Assembly (NCBI GenBank): GCA_902774395.1
Contig: CACYIK010000004.1
Location: 30,932-94,931 of the forward strand
DNA length: 64,000 nt
Origin: an uncultured Bacteroidota bacterium
GTDB taxonomy: Bacteria > Bacteroidota > Bacteroidia > Bacteroidales > P3
Direction: 5' to 3'
Made by a program: the position numbers and the translations under genes. Numbering within the stretch: position 1 is the stretch's first letter; every line of letters starts with the position of its first letter. Shown one piece after another: positions 46,214 through 56,399 of this stretch. The notes beneath the pieces are model-generated. The model made no database searches, had not been told where the DNA came from, and saw nothing but the letters and a program-made list of their open reading frames with translations.

Positions 46214-47251
46214 TTAGAATTTCTTGTTAAACACCTTGTAGAACGACTGAACCGACAAGGAATTCTCATCCCACTGGTTCTGCGCCGACACCTCGTTGAC
46301 ATAAAGCAGGGCCTCATCGCGCGTGTCGATGCTGTTCAGGCGAAGGATAAAGTCGTTGTAAGCCTTCATATTGTTGTGGAACAACTCGGACATGAAGCTG
46401 AACTTGTCATTGATGTTGATTACCGTACGAAGGTCTAAGACTTTCTTGCCCAGTCCCACTTCACTATCCACACGCAGTTCGCCGCTTTCCACGCCGCCCA
46501 GCTTCTCACCCAGCGTGCGCACCGTGGGTTTCTCGACGACAGGATTCTTCAGGTAGTCGAGCAGCGAAGCCTGGGTGCCTGACTTGGAGTCGCTGGCAGC
46601 AACGGACTCCTGGACGGGTTCGGGTGCAGGTTCAGGAGCGGGTTCGGGTGCGGGAACAGGTTCGGGTTCAGGAGCGGGTTCGGGTTCTGGCTCCGGTTCG
46701 GGTTCAGGCGTAGCTTCAATAATCACTTCGTCAAACAACAGGCCGTTACCGTTTCCCTCCAAGTCTTCCATCTGAGGCATCTCCACGGGCTCGGGTTCGG
46801 GAGCGGGTGCAGGCTCAGGAACAGGCTCGGGTTCAGGTGCGGGCTCGGGCTCCGGTTCAGGTTCCGGTTCAGGTTCCGGCTCGGGCTCGGGTTCCGGCTC
46901 GGGAGCAGGTGCGGGTTCGGGTTTAACCATAGGTTCGGGGGCGTCCGTAGGCTCAGCCTCCACGTTTTCCACACCCATGGCGGCCATCGTCGCCATCACG
47001 GTCGACGACAGTATTTCGTCGTCAGGCATAACAAGCGTCTCCATCCGATGTGCCTCGTCACCCTCTTTGGTCTTTCCGCCGTCCACTTTCTCTTCTCCCA
47101 TACGTAAAGCCACATCATACAAACGGCGAAGGTCCTCAAGCAAGAGGTCTCTCTCGATGAGGCTCACCTGTCCCTCATGCGCCACAATGCGGTTGGCAAT
47201 GGCACACAACTTCTGCATACCCTCTGTCAGTTCTTTGACACTGTTTTTCAT
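46214..47251 (-). CDS. hypothetical protein with two long Pro-Glu ([12 protein letters not shown]) linkers
   Basis: 345 aa. Structured N- and C-terminal domains are separated by hexanucleotide GGTTC(G/A)-type repeat tracts at about 46610-46720 and 46790-46925. Confidence 0.6.
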   Translation of the reverse strand: MKNSVKELTEGMQKLCAIANRIVAHEGQVSLIERDLLLEDLRRLYDVALRMGEEKVDGGKTKEGDEAHRMETLVMPDDEILSSTVMATMAAMGVENVEAEPTDAPEPMVKPEPAPAPEPEPEPEPEPEPEPEPEPEPAPEPEPVPEPAPAPEPEPVEMPQMEDLEGNGNGLLFDEVIIEATPEPEPEPEPEPAPEPEPVPAPEPAPEPAPEPVQESVAASDSKSGTQASLLDYLKNPVVEKPTVRTLGEKLGGVESGELRVDSEVGLGKKVLDLRTVININDKFSFMSELFHNNMKAYNDFILRLNSIDTRDEALLYVNEVSAQNQWDENSLSVQSFYKVFNKKF

Positions 47252-47354
47252 GCGTTATATCTATTAACTTATTAAATACAAATAGATTATACCACCTCCA
47301 TGGTATATTTTCCAATTGTAAAAGTACCATATTTTTAACTACCACGCACGCATG

Positions 47355-47389
47355 ACAAAAAAAAGTTATCAAACCATAGGGTTGATAAC
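47355..47389 (-). terminator. intrinsic terminator after the DUF4956 gene
   Basis: On the minus strand: stem GTTATCAA / TTGATAAC (47382-47389 / 47365-47372) followed by a U8 run (A-run 47357-47364 on the plus strand). Confidence 0.6.
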
Positions 47390-47427
47390 TCAAAAAAAGC
47401 AGACGTTAAATACTAAACGCTAGCTGG

Positions 47428-48138
47428 TTATGATTTCTTGAATTTCGTCACCATGTCAATGTCATTGGGTTCGGGATCATCGGGGAGATAGGTCACTTTG
47501 AGGAAGGCGGTGTCTTTGAGGAAGTCGATGCTCCCCACTTGCACCTTGACAATCTCCAGACCTGTGCGCTCGCGCAGGTCCGCCAGCAGCTCGGCCCTAC
47601 GTTCAGGTTTGATCAGTTCAATTTTCTCATAGGTAATGATTTTCTGAGCCTTGCGGTTGGACATCCCTGCGGCCTCGAGCACCCCTATCAGCAGGATAAA
47701 GATAACGTTAGTGGCGATAAAGGAGGCGTAGCTCGATGCCATCCCCGCACCGTTGATGATGCTGATAGCGATGAGTACAAACAGATAGGTCATCTCTCGG
47801 ATGGGCAGTTGTTCAGTACGATAGCGTATCATGCTGAATATACCGAAAAGACCCAAGGCGACACCCACCTCCACCGACATGTTCTGCAGCTGATAGAGGA
47901 TAAAGAAGATAGCCGAAGAAAAAAGAATATAGGTGAAATAATAGTCACGGCGACGACTCTTGCGATAGTAGAAAAAGTGGGTAATAATCCAGCATACCAA
48001 TAGATTGATACCGAACAGGATAAGCAACTTACCCAATGCAGGTCCATCAAAGACCTGAATATTGAGAAAATCGACAGCCTGTTCCTCGGCATCGCCGAAA
48101 CGTGCTGCAATGTCAGAATTAAATTCAACGGGTTCCAT
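47428..48138 (-). CDS. DUF4956-like membrane protein (VTC partner)
   Basis: 236 aa, 4-5 TM helices plus a soluble C-domain. Overlaps the upstream VTC gene by 14 nt. This pairing is typical of Bacteroidales polyphosphate clusters. Confidence 0.65.
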   Translation of the reverse strand: MEPVEFNSDIAARFGDAEEQAVDFLNIQVFDGPALGKLLILFGINLLVCWIITHFFYYRKSRRRDYYFTYILFSSAIFFILYQLQNMSVEVGVALGLFGIFSMIRYRTEQLPIREMTYLFVLIAISIINGAGMASSYASFIATNVIFILLIGVLEAAGMSNRKAQKIITYEKIELIKPERRAELLADLRERTGLEIVKVQVGSIDFLKDTAFLKVTYLPDDPEPNDIDMVTKFKKS

Positions 48139-48892
48139 ATTCTTTCAATTTATTTATATACAATAATTTACTTTTAAACCGATTATGTTTTGCACCGGGG
48201 TCTGTCAACGATGTGCCGATACAATATTTGCTCATCCGTCGCGGCAGGATATGCATCTCATGAAGAGCTTTCTCTATGTCCGACATGGGGGCGCCCACCT
48301 CATGTTTCACTTCTATCACCAGCAAATGACTAATATCGGCATCGATACCTGTGGCACGATTATGGAACGAGATGCCGCTGTCGATGGTCACCCTTTCTTT
48401 CATCCCTTTATCCACCAGCGTAATACGTTCAAACCTATTCTCCAAGCATTCATGCAGCGACGCCACAGGATAGGGGGTTCGCTCATCAACGAAGTGCGCC
48501 ACCTCTGGGAGCTCCAGACAGCTGTCGAACAACGACACATCAATAGGTATGCGCACTTTCCGGGTCTTCTTCTTATTATCCTTATTCTTGATTTCGAAGA
48601 AGGTGGTGTCTGTCGAGCGATAGGTTCGCACCCGCAACTTCTGCCGATTGAGTTTCTTGTTGTGGTGCATGGTGTACATAGCCAAATCGGCGGTGTCGAA
48701 ATAGAGCGTGCGGTAAGGGGCAATGGGATTGTCGGCAATGTGTTGCACATAGTATTGTCCCGCCACCCGTTCCAGCAGTTCCTCCAGCTGGCAGATGGAA
48801 GCCATATACTTCTGATCCACACGATTCATCAGACGGACAGCTTTCATGTCGTCCAGTCCAATGGGGGCCATCTGTTTCAACACCGAGTTCAT
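48125..48892 (-). CDS. VTC-domain polyphosphate polymerase-like protein
   Basis: 255 aa. RVDQKY, Y..LYFDT, LRVRTYRSTDTTFFEIKNKDNKKKTRKVRI and LLVIEVK blocks are typical of VTC/triphosphate-tunnel domains. Confidence 0.7.
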   Translation of the reverse strand: MNSVLKQMAPIGLDDMKAVRLMNRVDQKYMASICQLEELLERVAGQYYVQHIADNPIAPYRTLYFDTADLAMYTMHHNKKLNRQKLRVRTYRSTDTTFFEIKNKDNKKKTRKVRIPIDVSLFDSCLELPEVAHFVDERTPYPVASLHECLENRFERITLVDKGMKERVTIDSGISFHNRATGIDADISHLLVIEVKHEVGAPMSDIEKALHEMHILPRRMSKYCIGTSLTDPGAKHNRFKSKLLYINKLKEYGTR

Positions 48893-48906
48893 GCTCTAAC
48901 CTAGAA

Positions 48907-49329
48907 CTACTTGTAGGAATACTCGAACGTCTTGGTAGTCTCCAACTTGCCGTTGGGCTTGTAGTTCAGTTGACGTTTCTTCGTACCATCGTCGTTATAC
49001 TCGAACTGTTTGATACGTACCACTTTGTTCTTGTCGTTATACTCCACCTGTTCCTTGCACTTGGTCGAGTTGCCCTCATAGCTGTAGGTCGTGCGCTTTT
49101 TCTGCCCATAGGAGGCATACTCTATCTCTTCTATCTTACGACCTTGCTCGTCGTATGTCACCATATTGTCCAGATAGGGGACAGTAGAGCCCGCACGGGT
49201 GTTCCATTCCTTGACCACAAGATTCTTCTTGCGCTCGCGCTTGCTAGGTTTGTCGTTTTGAGTCTGTGCCTCGGCAACGCCCATCAAACCTATCAGTCCC
49301 ATCAGACCTAATACTAAAATCTTTTTCAT
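48907..49329 (-). CDS. hypothetical small secreted protein
   Basis: 140 aa. The signal peptide MKKILVLGLMGLIGLMGVAEAQ is encoded by a word array. Followed by repetitive beta-hairpin-like KxxEYxYxxxG segments. Confidence 0.5.
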   Translation of the reverse strand: MKKILVLGLMGLIGLMGVAEAQTQNDKPSKRERKKNLVVKEWNTRAGSTVPYLDNMVTYDEQGRKIEEIEYASYGQKKRTTYSYEGNSTKCKEQVEYNDKNKVVRIKQFEYNDDGTKKRQLNYKPNGKLETTKTFEYSYK

Positions 49330-49343
49330 CTCTCTATAATACT

Positions 49344-50189
49344 TTAAAACGAGTAACTATATCCTATCACAAGCCAGCCCTTAAAACCCGATACACGTTC
49401 GTAGCTTTTCAACTTAGTACCCTCGGCATTGGCGTCGACCTCCTTGTCGGTCAACCAGTCGGCCAGCAGTGCCACCTCCAGTCGGTTTTCCTTATTCAGC
49501 CTATATTCCACTCCCAGGGCACCGCGCCAACGGTTGACATACCAGCCACTGAAACCGTCGAGGAACCAACCAGCCTCGCCAGTACGCGACCCCGCGTCGG
49601 TCACATAGTAGGTGCCGTCCCAGTTGGCTTTGATGACAGGCGCATTCATGGTATTGCGCATCTCCACATAGCCATACGGTTCCCAGCGTCGGAAGCCTTT
49701 GTATGTAAGTTTCAGGCGACTCTTGAGCATCCATGCCATGCGAGGTGCTTGGTATTCGTTCATTTGGCCCGAGCGGTAGGTACCCTGCACACGTTCTCTT
49801 AACGAGAGACTCCAGTCGCCAAAGCGGTAGGTGTAGGCCACATCAGCCATCAGCCTGTGACGCGGACTTTTAAAAGCCGAATCACTCGAGCTATAAGAGT
49901 TTATCATGGCATAGCCCAGCGACACCTTCAACTCTGGCGATATCTTGTAGCTCAACGACAACTGGCTCTGGAACCTGTCGAACGAAGCGAAATTATTATC
50001 CATCCACACTTGTTCCCTCAACGTCAGGTGCAGCCCCTTGGCGAGCTTTTTGTCGAACGACAACGACAGACGTCCACCCACCTCCGGGTCTAGGGTCACA
50101 TCCGTCTGAGCCCGAACAGCGCTCATCAAGCCCATAAGTCCCATCAGACCTATAATCAACGCTCTTTTCATAATTTCAACATTCATCAT
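49344..50189 (-). CDS. outer-membrane beta-barrel protein, DUF2490-like
   Basis: The signal peptide (alternative start MKRAL at 50171) is encoded by a word array. Alternating-hydrophobic strands, C-terminal YSYSF. Confidence 0.5.
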   Translation of the reverse strand: MMNVEIMKRALIIGLMGLMGLMSAVRAQTDVTLDPEVGGRLSLSFDKKLAKGLHLTLREQVWMDNNFASFDRFQSQLSLSYKISPELKVSLGYAMINSYSSSDSAFKSPRHRLMADVAYTYRFGDWSLSLRERVQGTYRSGQMNEYQAPRMAWMLKSRLKLTYKGFRRWEPYGYVEMRNTMNAPVIKANWDGTYYVTDAGSRTGEAGWFLDGFSGWYVNRWRGALGVEYRLNKENRLEVALLADWLTDKEVDANAEGTKLKSYERVSGFKGWLVIGYSYSF

Positions 50190-50203
50190 TCAACATTTAT
50201 CAC

Positions 50204-51913
50204 TTACCACCCACTTCCGCTATAGTTGGTCAGGCTCACATTGCTGCCGCCACTAACCTCGGGCCCGGCGACAAGCATCCCGTTGCACATCTCGGTTCCT
50301 CCACTGACGGTAACGCTCTTCTTCACCGTCGGCTGCTGTGCGCCAGAGACGACAAGTTTGGTTCCACCGCTCGAAGGAGTTTTGAAAGCATAGGTATTGT
50401 CACCCACGGTGATGCTGTACCACACATTCTTGGTCCACGACGATGCCTGGTAGCAACTCTGCGTCAGCTGGGCGCCATTCTCCAAGTTGCCGATGGCAAT
50501 GATGGTTCCTCCCTGAATGTAGAGTTTATATCCCCCCTCGGTATTGGCGTCGATAGCCATCTCGGGCGAGGTCTTGCCGATGGCGTAGACCACCCCACCC
50601 TGGATGTAGCAGTTGCCGTTGGCATCGAGGGCGTCGTTGCCTGTAGAGTAGGCGCAGACAACGCCGCCACTGATTGTCATGGTTGAGGCCGAGTTGATGG
50701 CGTCGTCCGAGGACTGGCTGTACACCTCGCCACCCGTCACGGTCAGCGTACCCTTGGTTTCTATGCCTTCGTGGCTCGAAGCCTTGACGGTAATCACGCC
50801 ACCTGAAATTTCAATATTGCCATCCACCTTGATGCCCTTGGCACCCACACTGTTGTCTCTGCTGCTGCCACCGGGACCACCTCCGGGGCCGTGACCACCG
50901 CCACTGGACGAGCCGAAGTTGGAACCCGTCACGGTGATATTCACCTCACCGCCACGGAAATAGGCAGCGCCATCACAGCTGATGCCTTTGCCTCCCATGC
51001 CACTATTAGTGATAGTCAGAGTTCCGTCAATCATCTCGAACAGCTGGTCGGCCTTCACACCCGCCGTGCCGCTGGTGTCGCGAACGCCATCCTCGGTGGT
51101 CACCACGGTATTACCCGTGATGGCAAGCGTGGTGGCACCGCCTTCGAAGCGCACCAGCGAGTCACTGCTGAATCCTTTCTTGCCAGCGGCCGACACATTC
51201 ACATTGACAGTGCCACCTTTGACAAGAATATAGTCCTTGCCGCGTACACCGTGGCCTGCCGAAGAGCTCACATTGACACTTCCCGATGCAAAACAGACCC
51301 AGTCGTCGCTGGTGATGCCCGCCTTTCCGGTGGCCGTCACCGCCAGCGCCCCTTCACCACTCACCACAATCTGGCCTTCGCTGAACAGCGCAGCCTTCTC
51401 GTCTTCTGTCGAGGGTGTGAGCGTGTAGTTGGCACCATCGGCCAGCGTACTGCTGCCTTTGAGTACCACATCCACCCGCTTGCCCTTGTTGGGCGTGGAG
51501 GAGAGCCCCTGCACATTGATGGCTGCGCCACGAGTATTTTTGATGCTGGCATCATTCAACGTAATGCCCTGTTTGCGGCCGCTGTATATCTTCAGATAGC
51601 CGTCGGTGGTCGACCCACTCACATGGTACATCACCTTCTTTGCGCTGGTATTGGTCACCGTCACATCGTTCCCGTTCACCGTAGCCGACACACTGTCGCC
51701 AGTACCCGTCACAGTGGCATCGCCCGACGTGGAGAAAACCACCTGCACAATGCGGTCATAATCACCATCGTCAATGATAATGCTATCGATTACATCATCA
51801 TTGCCTGGCGACACATTATTGATTTCATCCTTATTACAGGCCATGGCCAGCATTGTGGTCATTGCCAACATCGTCCACAGGGGGAAATTTCGGCCAAGAC
51901 TTCTCCTTTTCAT
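50204..51913 (-). CDS. lipoprotein with parallel beta-helix-like repeats (DUF4353 'carbohydrate-binding domain' type)
   Basis: 569 aa. Lipobox LAMAC. Repetitive G/T/V-rich beta-strand repeats and an internal GGGHGPGGGPGG tract. Commonly accompanies VTC/DUF4956 clusters as I recall. Confidence 0.5.
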   Translation of the reverse strand: MKRRSLGRNFPLWTMLAMTTMLAMACNKDEINNVSPGNDDVIDSIIIDDGDYDRIVQVVFSTSGDATVTGTGDSVSATVNGNDVTVTNTSAKKVMYHVSGSTTDGYLKIYSGRKQGITLNDASIKNTRGAAINVQGLSSTPNKGKRVDVVLKGSSTLADGANYTLTPSTEDEKAALFSEGQIVVSGEGALAVTATGKAGITSDDWVCFASGSVNVSSSAGHGVRGKDYILVKGGTVNVNVSAAGKKGFSSDSLVRFEGGATTLAITGNTVVTTEDGVRDTSGTAGVKADQLFEMIDGTLTITNSGMGGKGISCDGAAYFRGGEVNITVTGSNFGSSSGGGHGPGGGPGGSSRDNSVGAKGIKVDGNIEISGGVITVKASSHEGIETKGTLTVTGGEVYSQSSDDAINSASTMTISGGVVCAYSTGNDALDANGNCYIQGGVVYAIGKTSPEMAIDANTEGGYKLYIQGGTIIAIGNLENGAQLTQSCYQASSWTKNVWYSITVGDNTYAFKTPSSGGTKLVVSGAQQPTVKKSVTVSGGTEMCNGMLVAGPEVSGGSNVSLTNYSGSGW

Positions 51914-52047
51914 AAACTATTGGTATCTAGATATCATTTTTGATTACAATTTGGTTCCGGTAACACAAATTTTCTTGCAAAGATAAACATTTTTTTTCAT
52001 CTAGCGAATATAAAAAAACACTTTTTAAATAAATAAAGTTTTTTTCT

Positions 52048-52055
52048 TATATTTG
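52048..52055 (+). promoter_or_regulatory. Bacteroidota -7 promoter box (TAnnTTTG)
   Basis: TATATTTGCA in the AT-rich region upstream of the CoA-transferase gene (ATG 52147). Confidence 0.4.
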
Positions 52056-52146
52056 CACCGCGATACTATCATAACATCAATGCATAACAGACAATAGGAC
52101 AATATTTTAAGAAGCAATTAAAAACAAAACCTATTAAAAACTGTTT

Positions 52147-53451
52147 ATGAACTGGAAAGACGAATACAAAAGGAAGATTTCGAAACCCGAAGACGCCATC
52201 AAAGATATTCATGACGGCGATTGTGTTGTTTTAGGTCATGCTGCCGCTGTGCCGCGTGTGGTGCCCCATGTCATGGCCGAACACTGTGAAGACTACAACG
52301 ACGTACTTATTTTCCACATGACCACGCTGGGCGACAACGAGCTACTGCATCCGCGCTGCTATGGTCATTTCCGCCATGTGAGCAATTTCCTCAGCGGCAA
52401 CTCGCGCGATACGGTCAACCATCTGGAGGGTGACTTTTTCCCCGCCTACTTCCACGATGTGCCCGAGATGATTGGCGACGAGATTCCCTGCGAGGTGGCC
52501 ATCTTCCAAGCCACGCCGCCCAACGAGGACGGTTACTGCTCGCTGGGTGTCAGCTGCGACTACGCCCTCGCCGCCATCCGCCGCGCCCGTTCCGTCATCA
52601 TCGAGACCAACGAACTGATGCCTTTCGTGGGCGGCGACAACATGATTCACGTGTCGCAAATCGACCATATCATCCCCTGTGCCAACCCCCTGCCCGAGTT
52701 GCACTCCTCCGAGCCCTCGGAGGTAGAGAAAGCCATCGGACGCCACTGCGCCTCGCTGGTGGTCGACGGTGCCACCCTTCAGCTGGGTATCGGCGCCATC
52801 CCCAATGCCGTGCTCGCCGAGCTGGCCGACAAGAATGACCTGGGCATCCACTCCGAGATGTTCAGCGACGGCGTGGCCGACCTCATGAAGAAGGGCAACA
52901 TCAATGGCAGCCGCAAGACCATGCATAAGAACAAGGTGGTGGCCACCTTCATCATGGGCAGCCGCGAGCTGTACGACTTCGTCGACGGCAACGAGGATAT
53001 CGAGCTCTACCCTGTCGACTATACCAACGACCCCATCGTCATCGCACAACAATACCGCATGACCTCCATCAACTCGTGCCTCGAGGTCGACCTGATGGGT
53101 CAGGTGGCCAGCGAGACCATCGGCATGCGCCAGTATAGCGGTATCGGAGGCCAGATCGACTTCGTGCGCGGCGCCTCCATGGCCCGCGAGGGAAAGAGCA
53201 TCATCGCCATGCCCTCCACCGCCGCCGGCGGCACCATCTCACGCATCAAGCCTTTCCTCACCCCCGGCTCGGCCGTCAGCACCACACGCAACGACGTGAA
53301 CTACCTCGTCACCGAGTATGGCATCGCACGTCTCAAGGGACGCACCCTGCAGCACCGTGCAGAAGACCTCATCCAGATTGCACACCCCGACTTCCGTCCC
53401 ATGCTCATCGAAGAGTACGAACGACGCTTCCAGTGCAAATTCCCCGCATAA
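52147..53451 (+). CDS. acetyl-CoA hydrolase/transferase family protein (4-hydroxybutyrate/butyryl CoA-transferase-like)
   Basis: 434 aa. Family blocks LQLGIGAIPNAV, GIHSEMFSDG, SGIGGQIDFVRGA. Confidence 0.88.
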   Translation: MNWKDEYKRKISKPEDAIKDIHDGDCVVLGHAAAVPRVVPHVMAEHCEDYNDVLIFHMTTLGDNELLHPRCYGHFRHVSNFLSGNSRDTVNHLEGDFFPAYFHDVPEMIGDEIPCEVAIFQATPPNEDGYCSLGVSCDYALAAIRRARSVIIETNELMPFVGGDNMIHVSQIDHIIPCANPLPELHSSEPSEVEKAIGRHCASLVVDGATLQLGIGAIPNAVLAELADKNDLGIHSEMFSDGVADLMKKGNINGSRKTMHKNKVVATFIMGSRELYDFVDGNEDIELYPVDYTNDPIVIAQQYRMTSINSCLEVDLMGQVASETIGMRQYSGIGGQIDFVRGASMAREGKSIIAMPSTAAGGTISRIKPFLTPGSAVSTTRNDVNYLVTEYGIARLKGRTLQHRAEDLIQIAHPDFRPMLIEEYERRFQCKFPA

Positions 53452-53480
53452 TCATAATTCATTTTTAATATCACCAAAAC

Positions 53481-56390
53481 ATGAAAAAGACAATCCTGAG
53501 TTTCTGCTTCATCGCCGCCATGCTCATCACGGGCGTCAGCGCACAGAAGTATGAGTACAAGACCTATCCCAACGACCCGCTGAACATCCGCGAGTACACG
53601 CTGAAGAACGGTCTCAAGGTGTTTATGAGCGTCTACAAGGACGCTCCGCGTATCCAGACCTACATCGCCGTGCGTGCAGGTTCGAAGAACGACCCCGCTG
53701 AGACCACCGGCCTGGCCCACTACCTGGAGCACATGCTCTTCAAGGGCAGCCACCAGCTCGGCACCACCGACTGGGAACGCGAGAAGAAAGAGTTGGACAA
53801 GATTGAGGCCCTCTACGAGGTATACCGCAAGACCACAGACGATGCCAAACGCGCCGCCATCTACCACCAGATTGATTCCATCAGCTATGTGGCATCTACC
53901 ATTGCCATCGCCAACGAGTATGACAAGTCGATGACCGCCATCGGCAGCGAGGGCACCAACGCCTTTACCAGCAACGACTACACCATGTACGTCGAGAACA
54001 TCCCCGCCAACATGCTGGAGACCTGGGCGAAAGTGGAGGCCGACCGCTTCCCGAACCTCGTGCTGCGCCTCTTCCACACCGAACTCGAGGCTGTCTACGA
54101 GGAGAAGAACATCAGCCTGGCTCAGGACAACCGCCGCGTCAACGAGGAGATGATGCGCGCCCTCTTCCCCCACCACCCCTACGGCACCCAGACCACCCTC
54201 GGCACCATCGAGCACCTCAAAAATCCCTCGATGACCAACATCTACCGCTTCCACCACACCTACTATGTGCCTAACAACATGTGCATCGCCATGGCCGGCG
54301 ACTTCAACCCCGACGAGGCCATCAAGATTATCGACAAATACTTCGGCAGCTGGGTGCCCGGCAACGTGCCTGAGTTCCACAAGGTGAAGGAAGCACCCAT
54401 TACCAGCCCCATCATCCGCCTGGTCAACGGTCAGGACCCCGAAAGCATCACCCTCGCCTTCCGCATCGAGGAAGGTAACGGCAGCCGCGACGCCCTGCTG
54501 GCACAGGCCATGGAGTATGTGCTCAACAACGGTTCATGCGGTCTCATCGACCTCAACCTCAATCAGAAGCAGCTCTGCCTCGGTGCTTACGCCGGCACCT
54601 ATACCCTCAACGACTATGCTGCCTTCATGCTCGGCGGTCGTCCCTCACAGGGTCAGAGCCTCGGCCAGCTGCGCGACCTGCTGCTTGAACAGGTGGAGCT
54701 CCTGAAAGAGGGCAAGTTCGACGAGGACCTCATCAAAGCCGGCATCAACCAGCTGAAGCTCCAGATCATGAAACAGGCCGAGAGCAACAACAGCCGCGCC
54801 TCGCAGATGGCCTACGCCTTCGTGCAGCACCAGACCTGGGACCAGGTGTGCAAGGAAATCGATGAACTTGCTAAAATCACGAAGAAAGACATCGTAGACT
54901 TCGCCAACCGCATCTGCAAGGACAACAACTACGTCATTGTCTTCAAGCACCAAGACACCCCCGACCCCGTTACCAAGGTTGTCAAACCCGCCATCACCCC
55001 CATCAGCGTGAGCCGCGACAACGAGAGCGCTTTCCTGTCTCAGATAAAAGCCGATGCTGCCAAGGCCAAGCCCATCCAGCCCGTCTTCGTCAACTTCAAA
55101 AAAGACCTACAGAAGGGCAAGACCGCCAACGGCAGCGAGGTGCTCTATGTGAAGAACGTCGAGAACGGCACCTTCAATCTGCAATACCGCTTCGAGTTCG
55201 GCTACGCTGCCGACAAAAGCATGGACCTGGCCGCCGACCTGGTGGAATACCTCAACACCGACAAGCACACCGCCGAGCAGCTGCAGGAAGAATTCTTCAA
55301 ACTGGCTTGCAGTTATAACATCCACGTGGGCGACGAGAACATCACCGTGGGCATCAGCGGCTTGGCCGAGAATATGGAGAAGGCCATGACCCTGGTGGAG
55401 GAGATTATGGCCGGCTGCCAGCCCAACGACGAAGCGCTGCAGATGCTTGTGGAGCGCCTTATCAAGAGCCGCACCGACAACAAGACCAACCAGCGCGCCG
55501 CCTTCCGCGCCCTCAACACCTACGGTGTCTGGGGTGAGGAATACGTCAAAGAGAACAACGAGAGCGACGCCCAGCTGCGCGCCTACACCGCCAAACAGCT
55601 TACCGATGCCCTGCACGGTCTCTTCCAATACAAGCACCGCGTGCTCTACTATGGCCCGCTGACCCTCAAGGAGGCCACCGCAGCCGTCAACAAGATACAC
55701 AAGGTGAAGCCCGTCAAGGATGTGCCCGCCAACAAAGTCTACCAGCCTGTGGAGACCAATGAGAACGAGGTACTCTTCGTGAACTACGACGCCAAGAACG
55801 TCTACCTCACCGAGTACTTCCGCGGCGAGCAGTACAACACCTCGCTGGTACCCAAAGTGTATCTCTTCAACGAGTACTTCGGCGGCTCGATGAACGCCAT
55901 AGTGTTCCAGGAGATGCGCGAGAAACGCAGCCTCGCCTACAGCGCCAGCAGCTACTACAGCAACAGCGGACGCAAGGACGGCTTCTTCTACAACTCCGCC
56001 AACATCATCACCCAGAACGACAAGCTCTTCGACGCCCTCGATGCCTACGAGGAGCTCTTCAACGACATGCCCGAGGCCGAGGCCAATTTCAATCTGGCCA
56101 AGGATGCCCTCATTGCCAGCAGCCGCACCAAACGTATTACCAAAATGGCTATCATCACCGTCTACCTGCATTGCGAACGCATGGGTCTCAAAGAGCCTCT
56201 GAACAAACAGAACTTCGCCGCCTTCCAGAAGCTGACCATGAACGACCTCACCAGCTTCCAGAAGCAGTACATCAAAGGCCAGAAGAAAACCTACCTCATC
56301 CTCGGCAAGGAGAGCGAGATCGACTTCAACCGCCTCGCCAAGTTCGGCAAAGTGAAGAAGCTCACGCTCGACGAGGTCTTTGGCTACTAA
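53481..56390 (+). CDS. M16-family (insulinase-like) zinc peptidase, secreted
   Basis: 969 aa. Signal peptide, inverted zinc motif HYLEHMLFKG (HxxEH). Two M16 halves. Confidence 0.9.
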   Translation: MKKTILSFCFIAAMLITGVSAQKYEYKTYPNDPLNIREYTLKNGLKVFMSVYKDAPRIQTYIAVRAGSKNDPAETTGLAHYLEHMLFKGSHQLGTTDWEREKKELDKIEALYEVYRKTTDDAKRAAIYHQIDSISYVASTIAIANEYDKSMTAIGSEGTNAFTSNDYTMYVENIPANMLETWAKVEADRFPNLVLRLFHTELEAVYEEKNISLAQDNRRVNEEMMRALFPHHPYGTQTTLGTIEHLKNPSMTNIYRFHHTYYVPNNMCIAMAGDFNPDEAIKIIDKYFGSWVPGNVPEFHKVKEAPITSPIIRLVNGQDPESITLAFRIEEGNGSRDALLAQAMEYVLNNGSCGLIDLNLNQKQLCLGAYAGTYTLNDYAAFMLGGRPSQGQSLGQLRDLLLEQVELLKEGKFDEDLIKAGINQLKLQIMKQAESNNSRASQMAYAFVQHQTWDQVCKEIDELAKITKKDIVDFANRICKDNNYVIVFKHQDTPDPVTKVVKPAITPISVSRDNESAFLSQIKADAAKAKPIQPVFVNFKKDLQKGKTANGSEVLYVKNVENGTFNLQYRFEFGYAADKSMDLAADLVEYLNTDKHTAEQLQEEFFKLACSYNIHVGDENITVGISGLAENMEKAMTLVEEIMAGCQPNDEALQMLVERLIKSRTDNKTNQRAAFRALNTYGVWGEEYVKENNESDAQLRAYTAKQLTDALHGLFQYKHRVLYYGPLTLKEATAAVNKIHKVKPVKDVPANKVYQPVETNENEVLFVNYDAKNVYLTEYFRGEQYNTSLVPKVYLFNEYFGGSMNAIVFQEMREKRSLAYSASSYYSNSGRKDGFFYNSANIITQNDKLFDALDAYEELFNDMPEAEANFNLAKDALIASSRTKRITKMAIITVYLHCERMGLKEPLNKQNFAAFQKLTMNDLTSFQKQYIKGQKKTYLILGKESEIDFNRLAKFGKVKKLTLDEVFGY

Positions 56391-56399
56391 CGACGAGCC

